From Felis catus (taxonomy: Eukaryota), in the NCBI RefSeq assembly GCF_018350175.1, contig NC_058383.1, positions 41,168,001 to 41,232,000 on the forward strand: a stretch of 64,000 nucleotides of DNA, in the 5' to 3' direction. The position numbers and the translations under genes were made by a program. The notes beneath the pieces were generated by a model. That model did not search any database. It saw nothing but the letters and a program-made list of their open reading frames with translations, and was not told where the DNA came from. Of the stretch, positions 25,485 to 37,767 are shown piece by piece (the stretch's first letter is position 1; the number at the start of each line of letters is the position of its first letter).

Positions 25485-26171
25485 TCAACGGTATTTGGAG
25501 GTCAGCACGGTGCTCACAGCGCTGAAGAACTTGTCCAGGGAGGCGTGGACGGCGGGGGTGAATTCCGCGGGGTGGTGGCAGGCCAGGGTCACCAGCAGGC
25601 AGTGGCTCAGGAACTGCGGGGAGGGGGGACGTCAGGGGGCGTCGGGGGACGCGGCTGCCCGCACTCCACCTTCTGGAACCCAAGGGACTCTGCCCTCCTG
25701 CCAGCAGGGTCCGGCGAGCCCTCCACCCCAGATGGCCCCCAGCCCGGTGCTCACCTTGAAGTTGACGGGGTCCACACGCAGCTTGTACGCGTGCAGGTCG
25801 CTCAGAGCCGACATGGCGGTAGGCAGGTCGTCCATGTGGGCCACGGCCTGCGTCAGCGCATCGGCCACCTTCTGGCCGTGGGCCTTGACCTGGGCGGAGC
25901 CGTGGCTCAGGTCGAAGTGGGGGAAGTAGGTCTTGGTGGTGGGGAAGGAGCAGAAGGTCCTGCCGGGAGGAAGAGGTGGGCGAGCCACGGTTAGGCGGGG
26001 CGGCGCAGGACAAGGATCGCGAGGGGTCGCTGAGCCCCGGGTGCCGGGTGCCCACAGGGGCAAGTTGGGTGCTCACCTCTCCAGGGCCTCTGCGCCATAT
26101 TCGCCAGCATGGGACCCAATCTTACCCCAGCAGGCCTTGACGTTGCTCTTGTCGGCGGCAGACAGCACCAT
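25485..26171 (-). CDS. HBA2: Adult alpha-globin, 5' copy; exons 26171-26077, 25959-25755, 25613-25485
   Basis: Same sequence as the copy 4510 bp away; CATAAA 26239-26234, CCAAT 26282-26278, AATAAA 25412-25407. Confidence 0.98.
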
Positions 26172-27885
26172 GGTTGGTTCTCTCTGAGTCTGTGTCGGGA
26201 CCAGAAGGTGCGGGGCCGCGAGGGCGCGGAGCCTTTATGCCCCGGGCGCGCGGGGCGCGCCTGCCCGGGCTGCGCTCATTGGCTGGCGCGGGGCCAGGAG
26301 GTGCGCTGGGCCGGCGGCAGCCCTCCCTCTCCCGGTTCCGCGCAGGCAGAGGTGCCTTCTCCAGTCCGGCCCCCGTGATTCTGGGAAGCCTACACAGGTT
26401 CCCCACCCATCTGTCGCGCACCCACGTTCGGCCCCGACCTGGGCTGTTTGCCGGTCGAGAAGGGGAGCACGGCTATTTTCTAAAGTAAAACGAGCTGCTT
26501 TCGCACCAGACTTTGCCGAGGACCAAGGGCTGTAGATTGTCCGTGTTAACGTGAAGGTGAAGGAGATAATGAGGGTTGACACCCTCCAAGCCCTCCTGCT
26601 GCCACTGGTGGGCCGGCGCTCCTAGGCAGCTCGGCGTTAACAGGTGAAGGTGCAGACCGTGGATGGGGGTGGGTAGTTCAGCTTAGGCTCCAGCACCCTT
26701 CGGACTTGAGTGTGGACTGCCACTGGGGCTCAGAGCTCCCTGCAGGAGCGGGTCCCCGCACCCGCCGAGACTGCTATCTGGGGAACCTTCCTCATTCCGA
26801 GTTGGGAGAGTTTCCAGGGTCCCTGGCCTTATTCCCTGGTCCACCAAGGTTCTGAGCAGAGAGCTAAGATTCCTGCCCTGTTGCTGCTGAGGGGAGAGAT
26901 TGACCCTGGCGGGCGGGGGTGGGGAGAGCAGGCGAGGAACGGCTTGGCTGGGAGACTTGCAGATACTGAAAGGCATAGGTGGGGCTGGATGGCCAAGTGC
27001 CTGCCAGGCACTGAGCCTGCCTCATGATCTTTTAAATTATTTCAAAAGACCCAGCGAGGTAGGGCTTTTTGTTGGTCGTCTGCTCTTCGTTTGCTTTTAC
27101 ATTGATGCGTGAGGCTCCTACGGCCCAGGGACATGTCCAGTGTCACAGAGCTTATCCTGTGAACCGGGTCGGAACCCTGCTGTGTGTGCCTGGTCGTGGC
27201 CATCGGGACATCCCACCCCAGTCTCCCACCCCACGAACTTCAGAGAAAGGACCCAACTTGGCCAGGGCAAGGTTTGCTGCAGATTGAGAGTCGCGGGGAG
27301 GGGAGAAGGCGCCGGGGGTCAGAGGAGGCCTGGCCCCTAAGTCTGTTTGACCTCAGGCCAGAAACCTGACCCTTGGGCCTGGTGCCCATGTTTGTCTGCA
27401 AAAGAGCTGCGAATTCTGAATTCTGGCTCCCAGCTCCCAGTGGGAGGGTTGGAGGAAGAATGAAGGAGTGAGCACGGGAGTGGGTGAGTGCAGACGTGCT
27501 TTGGAGCTGGGTGAGAACTGCTCCCAAAGACCCCTGTCATCCTGGTACCCACTTTGCCCCTCCCATTTCCTCGGCAGAGGAGGGCAATTGTTCTGTTCAA
27601 GCCTTTAGGGGTCCACACCCTGCCCAAGATCCAGCACCCTCAGCCCAGCAACCGCCCTCATTTCAGAGTTTGGAGAGATCCAAGGACCGGCTCCCGGGCC
27701 CCTGGTTCTTGGTCTGCAAGGGTTCGTGATGGCGCCCTAAGATTCCAGGAGTCTGCGCGTGGGACCCAGAGCTTCTGCCCAGCTTCTCGGCCCACCTGCC
27801 CCCCAAAGAACACACACGTGCAGGGTCCGGCCATTTGAGGCCTGTTTATTGACACGCACAGACCTAAGCCGGTGGGGCAGGGGAC

Positions 27886-28572
27886 TCATTGGTACTTCTC
27901 AGTCAGCACCATGGCTACTTCGGTCAAGAACTTGTCCCACGCCGCCTGCATCTGCACGGTGAACTCGCCCTGCAGGTGGGAGGCCAGCATCACATGGAAA
28001 CACTGGATCAGCAGCTGTGGGAGGAGGGGCGGATGAGAGGGGGTCTGCTGCAGCCACTTTCTCCTTTAACCCCAACCCCGGGGCGCCAATTCTACCGCGG
28101 CGGGGGCGGGCTCACAGGGAAGTTGGCGGGGTCCACGCGTAGCACTTGCGCGTGCAGGTCGGCCAGCGGGCTCAGGGCGGCGCGCAGGTGGTCCGTGTGT
28201 TGCACGGCCACGCCCACCGCCTCGAGCAAGCGTTGTCCGTGGGTCAGCAGCTGAGCTTCGTCGGGGCAGACGCCCAGGTGCTTGAAGTAGATCTTGGTGC
28301 TGGGATAGACCGTGAAGAGCCTGGTGGAGCAGGTCGGTGAGTGAGGGTGGCCGCGTGGGGTCCTTCCGGCGCCGGCACCTCCCAGACACCCGGAACCCCA
28401 GCCTGGCCCGCCCCTCTGACTCGGGCCCCCAACCCCTGTGTCCGCCTCCCTGTGACCCTGGAAACCCCGCCTCAACCCACCTGAGCAACAGCTCCGCCCC
28501 GAAGGCCGCCTCGTGGCCGGCGATCAGGTCCCAGACCTGCGCTACGTGGGCGCGCTCTTGGGCGCTGAGCAT
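27886..28572 (-). CDS. HBM: Mu-globin (alpha-D orthologue); exons 28572-28481, 28320-28116, 28014-27886
   Basis: 92/205/129-nt exons; [141 protein letters not shown]; CTATAA 28627-28622, AGATAA 28667-28662, AATAAA 27850-27845. Confidence 0.96.
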
Positions 28573-29375
28573 GGCGCCGGCCGGGCGTGCGCTGGCGGCC
28601 CCACCCGCCGCTCCCGCCTCCTTATAGCAGCCCCCACGCCTTCCAGGCGCCCCACCCGCCCTTATCTGCGGGACCCTCGGCCAGCTCGGGCAAATGCCTC
28701 CAGCCCAGGTCCCGATCGCTGCAGAGGCCACGGCCTGGGGCGGGCGGGGCCGGGGGTTACCGGCACCGACTCACGCCGCTGTGTGTGCGTGCTTTTGCTG
28801 CAGACTTGCGCGAAATCGGGAGAGCCTCCCCTGCGGGCAGCGTCAGAGCCTCTGCAGGAGGGAGCCAGTGGAGGGATTGGGAGAAAGAGCGCTGGGCAGG
28901 GACGCTTCTTTTCCGCTAGGGACACGGGAAGCGTATCGTGGGTCCCCGCAGTGCGGGACCTATAGTGTCAGGCTTTGAGGAAAAGCCCCCTGAGTGCCGA
29001 CAGGCACCCCACACGCACGCGACACGCTGAGTAAAGCGACGATCTTTGGGCGATTTGGGAAGCAGGACAGGAGCAAACGCACTTCGGACCCCGGAGAACC
29101 AGCCTGGGGCCTATCTACTCTCTCCCGATTCTGGGGTCCTCAGGCGCAGGGATCGAGCCACAGCGCCCTCGGGGTGGCCTCCAGGCCGGTGGTGACGCTG
29201 GGGTCCACCGCGTTCCTGTGGCTTACGCTTTCTATGCCTCACTTTCTCCCCTCCTTCGGCCAATACTGAGAACGCAGGACCCATTCCATCCGCATCCGTT
29301 TATTGGGGGCAAAATTGAGGGAAGTTGCAGGGGCAGGGGCGGGGTCGCAGCCGGCCCCCGGCCTGGCGGCGGCGC

Positions 29376-30750
29376 TCAGCGGTACTTCTCGGTCAGGACG
29401 CAGGACACGATGGACAGGAACTTGTCCCAGGCGGTATGGGCGTCGGCCGTGAAGTCAGCGGGGAAGTGCGAGGCCACCGTCACCAGCAGACAGTGGGACA
29501 GGAGCTGCGGGGCCCGGAGGGCGGCTCAGCGCGAGGCCGGGGTGCTCTGCGGGGGCTCTGGGGTGGGCGGAGCACCTTCGGCGGCCGAGACCCCGCCCTG
29601 CCCAGCCCCGCCCCCCCCCCCCCCCCGCCTGGTCCCCGCCAGGACCCCGGCCCCCGCGCGCACCTTGAAGTTGACCGGGTCCACGCGCAGAACGTAGGCG
29701 TGCATCTCACTCAGCTTGGACAGGGCGCCCGCGATGTTGTCGATGCTCTTGACCGCATCGCCCAGGGCGGCCGCCACCTTGGCGCCGTGCGTGCGCAGGT
29801 GCGCGGAGCCCGGGCGCAGGTCGAAGTGCGGGAAGTAGGTCTTGGTCTGGGGGTAGCTGGCGAAGAGTCTGCGGGAGGGCGGGACCTGAGCATTGGAGGA
29901 ACGTGGGGCCCCGTCCACCTCTCTACGACCCCTGCGTCCTTCTCCGAGCTTGAGGACCCAAGTGCGACCTCACCACCGCCCTGGGGCCTTCCAGCTCAGC
30001 AGGTGCACCACCTCCTGAGGTGTGCTGTGCTCTGACTGCTGCCCCTCCCCCAAGCTGCACCCCATGGTCCCAAGGCCTTCTGCCTCCACACCCTCCCAGC
30101 ACCCAGGCTCGCCCCTGCTCCCCACCTCAGCCCTCTTCCAGGGTCTCCTTGCTCCCAGCTGGCCCTGCACACCCACCGTAGGCCTCCAGCCCGTTTTCAC
30201 CTCTCCTCCGGCCACAAAAACCTCCTTCCCAACCCCTGACCGGGCTCCTGCTGTACCTACCGTCTGCCAGAAATAATGCCACCTGCAGGCACATTGCAAG
30301 GGAGAGCTCGTAGGGAAACCACCTGGGACCACCTTGCCCCAGGATTAGAGACCCTGGTGCTTGTAGATGCTTGACTGCCTCCTTAGGCATGTCAGGTGTT
30401 GGGGGAAACACATCCACACCCCTCTGGTGAGATGCTGGGCCTGTGCTTGTTCAGGACTCAGTGAGCATAGGGTCCATCAGAAGTCTGTGCAAGTCATCTG
30501 CCCCCCCTCACTGACCCCTTTCTCAGAGAACCCCCACCTCGCTGACCCCTCCTTAGGGACCCTTCCCGCAGAGAGCCCTCTCCTCACTGGCCCCTGTCCT
30601 CACCAACTCCACACTGTCACCTACGGGGCTCCACCCCGGCCCATCTGGCACTCACCTCTCCAGGGCCTGGGTGCCAATGGCATCCGCCTGAGTGGAGATC
30701 TTGCCCCACATGGACAGGATGATGGCCTTCTCAGCCTTGGTCAGAGACAT
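29376..30750 (-). CDS. HBZ: Embryonic zeta-globin, 3' (mu-proximal) copy; exons 30750-30656, 29868-29664, 29504-29376
   Basis: [142 protein letters not shown]; intact; AATAAA 29304-29299. Confidence 0.96.
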
Positions 30751-30817
30751 GGTGGTGGCTGAGCTGGAGCCGGGTGTGCCCAGGACTGGCCTCTGTGTGC
30801 TCACCCCCCGGGATCCC

Positions 30818-30904
30818 TTTATATACACAGAGCCGGGGTGGGGGCCAGGCTGTGGCCATTGGTCTGGAGAGGGGAGAGGGCTGTGGGGGTGGGGTCTCTT
30901 ATCA
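30818..30904 (-). promoter_or_regulatory. Zeta proximal promoter (3' copy): TATATAAA, CACCC, CCAAT, GATA
   Basis: tttatata 30818-30825, attgg 30858-30862, ggggtgggg x2, ttatca 30899-30904. Confidence 0.85.
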
Positions 30905-31889
30905 GGCCCAGCGAGGATGGGTGGTCACCAGTCCCTGGTGGGGCTGGTGGGGTGAAGAAGGGCTAACATTCCCCCCTCCCCGCACTGGGCCACAGCCTGA
31001 GTCCAGGTTCCAGGGAGGTAGGGGCCCAGTCCAGTGACTGACCTCTATAATCATGGTCGCCGAGTTCCCTGTCCTTGTGATATTAGGACGATCTAGAAGG
31101 TAGCAGGCTTTCACAGAAGCACTCTTTCCTCCTTCTTTTATTTAAGCTTCTGTAGCGTCACCTTACAGATGAGTGAATGGAGGTCCACAGAGGGAAACTG
31201 AGGCCAGGTGTCACAGGGTGTGAGTGACAGTCTTGGCTTCAGATGCTCTTGCCTGTGTGTATAGCACCTTCCTCACCTGGATAAGGCTCTTCTCCCCCAC
31301 AGGCCAAGTCCCTCAGCAGCTTGACTGGGGGGATTCTCCAAGCTGGGCACCCAGGCTGGGAGGAGGCTGGACTCTTCACACAGAGTCTGGGGTCACCCGA
31401 GCCTACAATCCTACCTGTCACATTCCCGTCACAGCCTGTACTATTTACATCTCTTTGCCTCTTACCTTATTCCCTTTCCCCTCTCTACCATAAGGCAACC
31501 ATTTTAATGTACTTAATATGTGCCTGTAGTTAGTATGTGTTCTTGCAAAGGGTGCGTGTATTTTGAGTTAAATTATAGCTAGGGGCATCTGGGCGGCTCA
31601 GTCGGTTAATCGTCCCACTTTGGCTGAGGCCCACAGTGCACCGTTCAAGCCCCTGTGAGGGAAAGTGTGACAGGAAGAGCCACTGAGGAAGCTCAGCGCG
31701 CCCTCCCCCCACCCCCTGCGAAACTCCTTGCTCATCCAAAGATGGCAAGGTCCAGGATGGCCCAGCTCGGCTGCCACCTCACAGCACATAATGGTTTTAG
31801 TGACATGTACTCAGTGTGGGAGCCCAGTGAGAACATGGGCACAAGCAAACAAAAGAGAAAAACCGTAACCCTCGTCCCACAGGGAAGAG

Positions 31890-32111
31890 TTTTTTTTTTT
31901 ATTTTTTTTAACATTTTATTTATTTTTGAGACAGGGAGACACAGAGCATGAACGGGGGAGGGTCAGAGAGAGGGAGACACAGAATCTGAAACAGGCTCCA
32001 GGCTCTGAGCTGTCAGCACAGAGCCCGACGCGGGGCTCGAACTCACTGACCGCGAGATCATGACCTGAGCTGAAGTCGGCCGCTTAACCGACTGAGCCAC
32101 CCAGGCGCCCC
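31890..32111 (-). mobile_element. Young SINEC_Fc with target-site duplication
   Basis: CpG-rich intact body; gggaagagttttt on both sides (about 31882 and 32115). Confidence 0.9.
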
Positions 32112-33314
32112 CAGGGGAAGAGTTTTTACCAGTTGGGTGCGATTGTGTCCAGCCCTTTCTTGTATTTAAAACACATGATCAGATGGTATGTCCTGCTTTT
32201 TTCCCCTTCCTATTAAAAATTCCTGTATTTCAAAAAAAGGTGTGCTTATGAGGAAATGTTTATTATGTTAAACTTTTAAAATCAAGTTATAATTTAACTT
32301 TTAAAAAACATTTTTATTTATTTGTGAGAGAGAGAGAGAGAGAGAGCGCACAAGCTGGAGAGGGACAGAGAGAGAGAGGGAGACAGAATCAGAAGAAAGC
32401 TCCAGGCTCTGAGCTGTCCACACAGAGCCTGACGTGGGGCTCGAACTCATGAACCATGAGACCATAACTTGAGCCAAAGTCGGACACTCAACTGACTGAG
32501 CCACCCAGGTGCCCCAGGAGAGAGAATCTTAAGCAGGCTCCACACCCAGGTGCCCCTTTAAAGAGTTAATTGAAAAATTAAACTTGGGGCACTTGGCTGG
32601 CTCAGTTGGTAGAGTGTGAGACACTTGATCTCGGGGTTGTGAGTTCGAGTGCCACATTGGATGTAGAGATCACTTAAAAATCATAAGAGGCGCTTGGGTG
32701 GCTCAGTCGGTGGAGTGCCTGACTCCTGATTTCGACTCAGGTCATGGTCTAATGGTTTGTGAATTCGAGCCCCAAGTGCGGCTCTGTGCTGTCAGTGCAG
32801 AGCCTTTTTGGGATACTCCCACCTCTTGGCAGCATCCAATCCAGGGCAAAGTCCTGCTTCCTCGAGCCCAAGTTGCTAAATGCCGGCCCCACAGAACCAC
32901 AGTGCCCTGTGGTGGGCGGCCTCCTCCGTGGCAATGAGTTGACAAAGCCAACTCTGACTACAGGAGTGTTCCCAGTGGTCTCTTTGGCTGGATGGCATTG
33001 ACCGTAGAAAGAAAATGACAGCAAAGCATGGTGGGTAGTGCTGAGAGGGGTTGCAGTTGTAGATGAGGTGGCCTGGGGAGACGTCACTGAGGGGGCAAAC
33101 GTAAGCAAGTATTGAGTAGTTCAGAGAGTAATTCATGCGACATTCAGGAGAAGAGTGCGCAGCACATAGAGGGGGTTGGCAAGCCCAAAGGCCCTGAGAG
33201 GGGGCTGTGCCTCCATTGTTCAAGAGAAACCAGGAGGCCGGTGGCTGGGCGGAGTGAGGGTGACAGGAGCAGTATTGAGGTCAGATCTTACAGTATCCCT
33301 TAGGTCCCCTTAAA

Positions 33315-33598
33315 ATTTTTTTTTTATGTTTATTCTTTAAATTTTTTTTTCAACGTTTATTTATTTTTGCGACAGAGAGAGACAGAGCATGAACGGGGGA
33401 GGGGCAGAGAGAGAGGGAGACACAGAATCGGAAACAGGCTCCAGTCTCTGAGCCATCAGCCCAGAGCCTGACGCGGGGCTCGAACTCACGGACCGCGAGA
33501 TCGTGACCTGGCTGAAGTCGGACGCTTAACCGACTGCACCACCCAGGCGCCCCTGTTTATTCTTGAAGGAGAGCAAGACAGAGTGTGAGTGGGGGAGG

Positions 33599-33643
<45 letters not shown>

Positions 33644-33775
33644 CAGAATCTGAAGCAGGCTCCAGGCTCCGAGCTGTCAGAACAGAGCCCGACTCGGGGC
33701 TCGAACTCACAAACTGCGAAATCATGACCTGAGCCGAAGTCAGACGCTCAACCGACTGAGCCACCCAGGCTCCCC
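33315..33775 (-). mobile_element. Nested Can-SINEs: young element (about 33338-33553) inserted in the tail of an older one
   Basis: Inner TSD tgtttattctt; outer TSD ttaggtcccctt. Confidence 0.88.
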
Positions 33776-35273
33776 TTTAGGTCCCCTTTATATCCCAGTG
33801 TGTCCCAGTATGGAACGATGGTCCCCTTCACTGTCACCACTGGGGTCCCACAGTTGTGAACATTTGCCATGTTTGCATTATCAGCACATGTAGGGATATA
33901 TCTGGGTGTGCTTTACGTTTCTTCCAAAAATCTGGAATTGTGTGGGAGTCCTCCTGAGGCTCTGTGTCTACACTTCACGCATCTCCTAGACTAAGGTTTT
34001 CCTGCATAAATAACCACAGGTTTATCGCCAATCTAAGTGAATTAACATTCTTTCGCATCACATGTCCTCACTCATCACCAAAATTTGTTCAATCATTCAA
34101 ATTTAGATCTGACCCAGGCTCACACATAGCTTTCAGTTGTCTCTTTATTCTCTTATTCCAGAAACTTTCCACCCCACACCCACCTTTTCTCCATATCAGT
34201 GACTTTTTGGATAGTCCAGACAAGCTGTCTTACAGAATGTTCTACATTTTGCATTGGTCTGATGGTTTTACTTGAAGGTTTTGTTGTTGTTGTTTGTTTT
34301 AAGACAGTGCCTTTATCCATGCATTTCCTGTGCACTGGAAGTCAGATCTAAAGGCTTGGTTAGAGTCAGGTTAAAAATTATTGGCAATGGAAAGGGTGAA
34401 ACACAACCCGATTTAAAAATGGACAAAGGACTTTAATAGATTTTTCTCTAAAAAAAGATACACAGAAAGCACATGAGAAGATGCTCAACCTCATTACTCG
34501 TTAGAGGAACGAAACTGAAAACCACAGGGAAGTACTGCTTCACACTCAATGGGATACATACTATAAAAAAAAAAAAACAGGAACGAGGATCGGTGAGGCA
34601 GTGGAGAGACTAGCGCGTCACGCACTGCAGCTGGAAACGTGGGTTGGAGCAGCTGCCGTGGAAAACGAGCAGGGTTTTTCAAGTTGTCATTTTTTGCTTT
34701 TTTTAATTCTATTTTTGGTGATGTAAAAGATTTACATGATTGAAAAGTAACACCATCCAGAGAGTTAGACTTGGGGGAGCCCCTCCACCCCTTCTTTATC
34801 TCCATCCGTGTTATTATTTGTAATCATTTCCGCTTCATCCTTCAAGGATTTCCTTTTGCAAAACTAAGCAAACACAAGGGGTGCCTAGCTGGCTGAGTCA
34901 GTAGAGCGTGTGACTCTTGATCTCAGGGTCCTGAGTTCAAGTCCCATGCAGGGCATAGCACTTACTTAAAAAAAAAAAAGAGCAAATGCACACAAACTTA
35001 TATACACTCACAAGTGCACACACAGAGCTATGGTCGTAATCATACATGTGTGTCAAAATGTACACATACTCACACCTGTGAGTACACACAAATGCACACA
35101 CGCATTTGTATCTGCTCTCACTGTTTTTCTTTTTTTTTTTTTTAAGTAAACTCTATGTCCAGTGTGGGACTCCAACACACCACCCAGAGGTCAGGAGTCA
35201 CATGCTCTACAGACTGAGCCAGCCAGGCTCCCCCTCCTCTCCTTTCTTACAGAAAAACAGAAAAGCCGCCATG

Positions 35274-35300
35274 ATACACGCACACGCGCGCGCGCGCGCG

Positions 35301-35343
<43 letters not shown>
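35274..35343. repeat. Compound (CG)n/(CA)n alternating purine-pyrimidine microsatellite
   Basis: cacgcacacgcgcgcgcgcgcgcgcacgcacacaca... Confidence 0.95.
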
Positions 35344-35345
<2 letters not shown>

Positions 35346-35805
35346 CTGCATCTCTCTTTTTTTCTTTTCCTTTTTACCTGATAAATCCTGGACATCACAG
35401 CCACTATTACAATTGTCTTCATTTTTTTTTTCAGGTCACAGTTCTCTGCTGTGTGAGCTTTCATGCTCCATTCAGTCAATGCCTGATGATGGACTGGGGT
35501 TTTCTAGTGCTGACAAAACTAAGCTTGTGTAGTCTCTGTGGTAGAAGGGACTGCATTGCAGAAGGGACCATCAGTACAGTGTGGTCAAAGTCTGGATATC
35601 AGTGAGGTTTCATTTCTAGTAGTGTTAATTTGTATTTCTCTAATAATGAGCAAAATGATTTTTTTCTTTCTGTGAGCTGCGATCTGACTGAATATCACAT
35701 CTGTATCCGGGACTAGACTGTCAGTTCCACGGGGCAGGGGGCTTTGCTTTTTCTAGCTGTTGTATTAGAGTCTACAAAAATGCTTGGGCGTCCTGTGCAT
35801 CAAAA

Positions 35806-35806
<1 letters not shown>

Positions 35807-35851
<45 letters not shown>
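35807..35851. repeat. (TG)n microsatellite
   Basis: About 22 perfect TG units. Confidence 0.95.
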
Positions 35852-35853
<2 letters not shown>

Positions 35854-36329
35854 ACTGGAAGGGTGGAAGAATAAATGAGGGACTAGGTACACTCATTCCT
35901 CCTTTCTTGCTAAGATCAAGCATAAACTAGGAAATAGGATAAATCCCAGAGGAATCCCATGGTGCGCCCCAGCAGAGTCAGTGGGGCCAGGTGGGCCTGG
36001 CGCTGACCCCAGAAATAAAGGCCGAGGGGTGCACTTTCTGTCACCCCATCCGGACCCCGAGTGCCCTAGCCCCACACACCACGCCTCCGGAGTGCCCTCT
36101 GAGGTCGGAGAGACCCTCGGGTTATTGCGCAGTGTTCCCGCAGCCCTCCAGGTGTCCCTGTGCCTCCCTGCCTCCCCCCTCCACCTCTGCCGCCCCCTTG
36201 ATGGCTCCAGTGACAAGAGGCGAGGTGGGCGTGCATTCGTTTATTGGCGTCTCAGGGGGGAAGCTAGAGGGTTTGGAGAAGCCTGGAGCCGCGGAGAGGT
36301 CGCAGCCGGCCCCGGCCTGGCGGCGGCGC

Positions 36330-37700
36330 TCAGCGGTACTTCTCGGTCAGGACGCAGGACACGATGGACAGGAACTTGTCCCAGGCGGTATGGGCGTCGG
36401 CCGTGAAGTCAGCGGGGAAGTGCGAGGCCACCGTCACCAGCAGACAGTGGGACAGGAGCTGCGGGGCCCGGAGGGCGGCTCAGCGCGAGGCCGGGGTGCT
36501 CTGCGGGGGCTCTGGGGTGCGCAGAGCACCTTCGGCGGCCGAGACCCCTCCCTGCCCAGCCCCGCCCCCCCCCCCCGCCTGGTCCCCGCCAGGACCCCGG
36601 CCCCCGCGCGCACCTTGAAGTTGACCGGGTCCACGCGCAGAACGTAGGCGTGCATCTCACTCAGCTTGGACAGGGCGCCCGCGATGTTGTCGATGCTCTT
36701 GACCGCATCGCCCAGGGCGGCCGCCACCTTGGCGCCGTGCGTGCGCAGGTGCGCGGAGCCCGGGCGCAGGTCGAAGTGCGGGAAGTAGGTCTTGGTCTGG
36801 GGGTAGCTGGCGAAGAGTCTGCGGGAGGGCGGGACCTGAGCATTGGAGGAACGTGGGGCCCCGTCCACCTCTCTACGACCCCTGCGTCCTTCTCCGAGCT
36901 TGAGGACCCAAGTGCGACCTCACCACCGCCCTGGGGCCTTCCAGCTCAGCAGGTGCACCACCTCCTGAGGTGTGCTGTGCTCTGACTGCTGCCCCTCCCC
37001 CAAGCTGCACCCCATGGTCCCAAGGCCTTCTGCCTCCACACCCTCCCAGCACCCAGGCTCGCCCCTGCTCCCCACCTCAGCCCTCTTCCAGGGTCTCCTT
37101 GCTCCCAGCTGGCCCTGCACACCCACCGTAGGCCTCCAGCCCGTTTTCACCTCTCCTCCGGCCACAAAAACCTCCTTCCCAACCCCTGACCGGGCTCCTG
37201 CTGTACCTACCGTCTGCCAGAAATAATGCCACCTGCAGGCACATTGCAAGGGAGAGCTCGTAGGGAAACCACCTGGGACCACCTTGCCCCAGGATTAGAG
37301 ACCCTGGTGCTTGTAGATGCTTGACTGCCTCCTTAGGCATGTCAGGTGTTGGGGGAAACACATCCACACCCCTCTGGTGAGATGCTGGGCCTGTGCTTGT
37401 TCAGGACTCAGTGAGCATAGGGTCCATCAGAAGTCTGTGCAAGTCATCTGCCCCCCCTCACTGACCCCTTTCTCAGAGAACCCCCACCTCGCTGACCCCT
37501 CCTTAGGGACCCTTCCCGCAGAGAGCCCTCTCCTCACTGGCCCCTGTCCTCACCAACTCCACACTGTCACCTACGGGGCTCCACCCCGGCCCATCTGGCA
37601 CTCACCTCTCCAGGGCCTGGGTGCCAATGGCATCCGCCTGAGTGGAGATCTTGCCCCACATGGACAGGATGATGGCCTTCTCAGCCTTGGTCAGAGACAT
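36330..37700 (-). CDS. HBZ: Embryonic zeta-globin, 5' copy; exons 37700-37606, 36818-36614, 36458-36330
   Basis: Coding sequence same as the 3' copy; AATAAA 36245-36240. Confidence 0.97.
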
Positions 37701-37767
37701 GGTGGTGGCTGAGCTGGAGCCGGGTGTGCCCAGGACTGGCCTCTGTGTGCTCACCCCCCGGGATCCC

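Noticed and set aside
20781-26076. 200-270 aa ORFs overlapping the HBA genes on both strands
   Set aside because: Shadow frames of GC-rich globin genes that ignore the obvious splice structure.
26300-27840. Looked for a pseudo-alpha between mu and alpha, and for a theta relic between the two alpha genes (21800-25200)
   Set aside because: No recognisable globin exon remnants.
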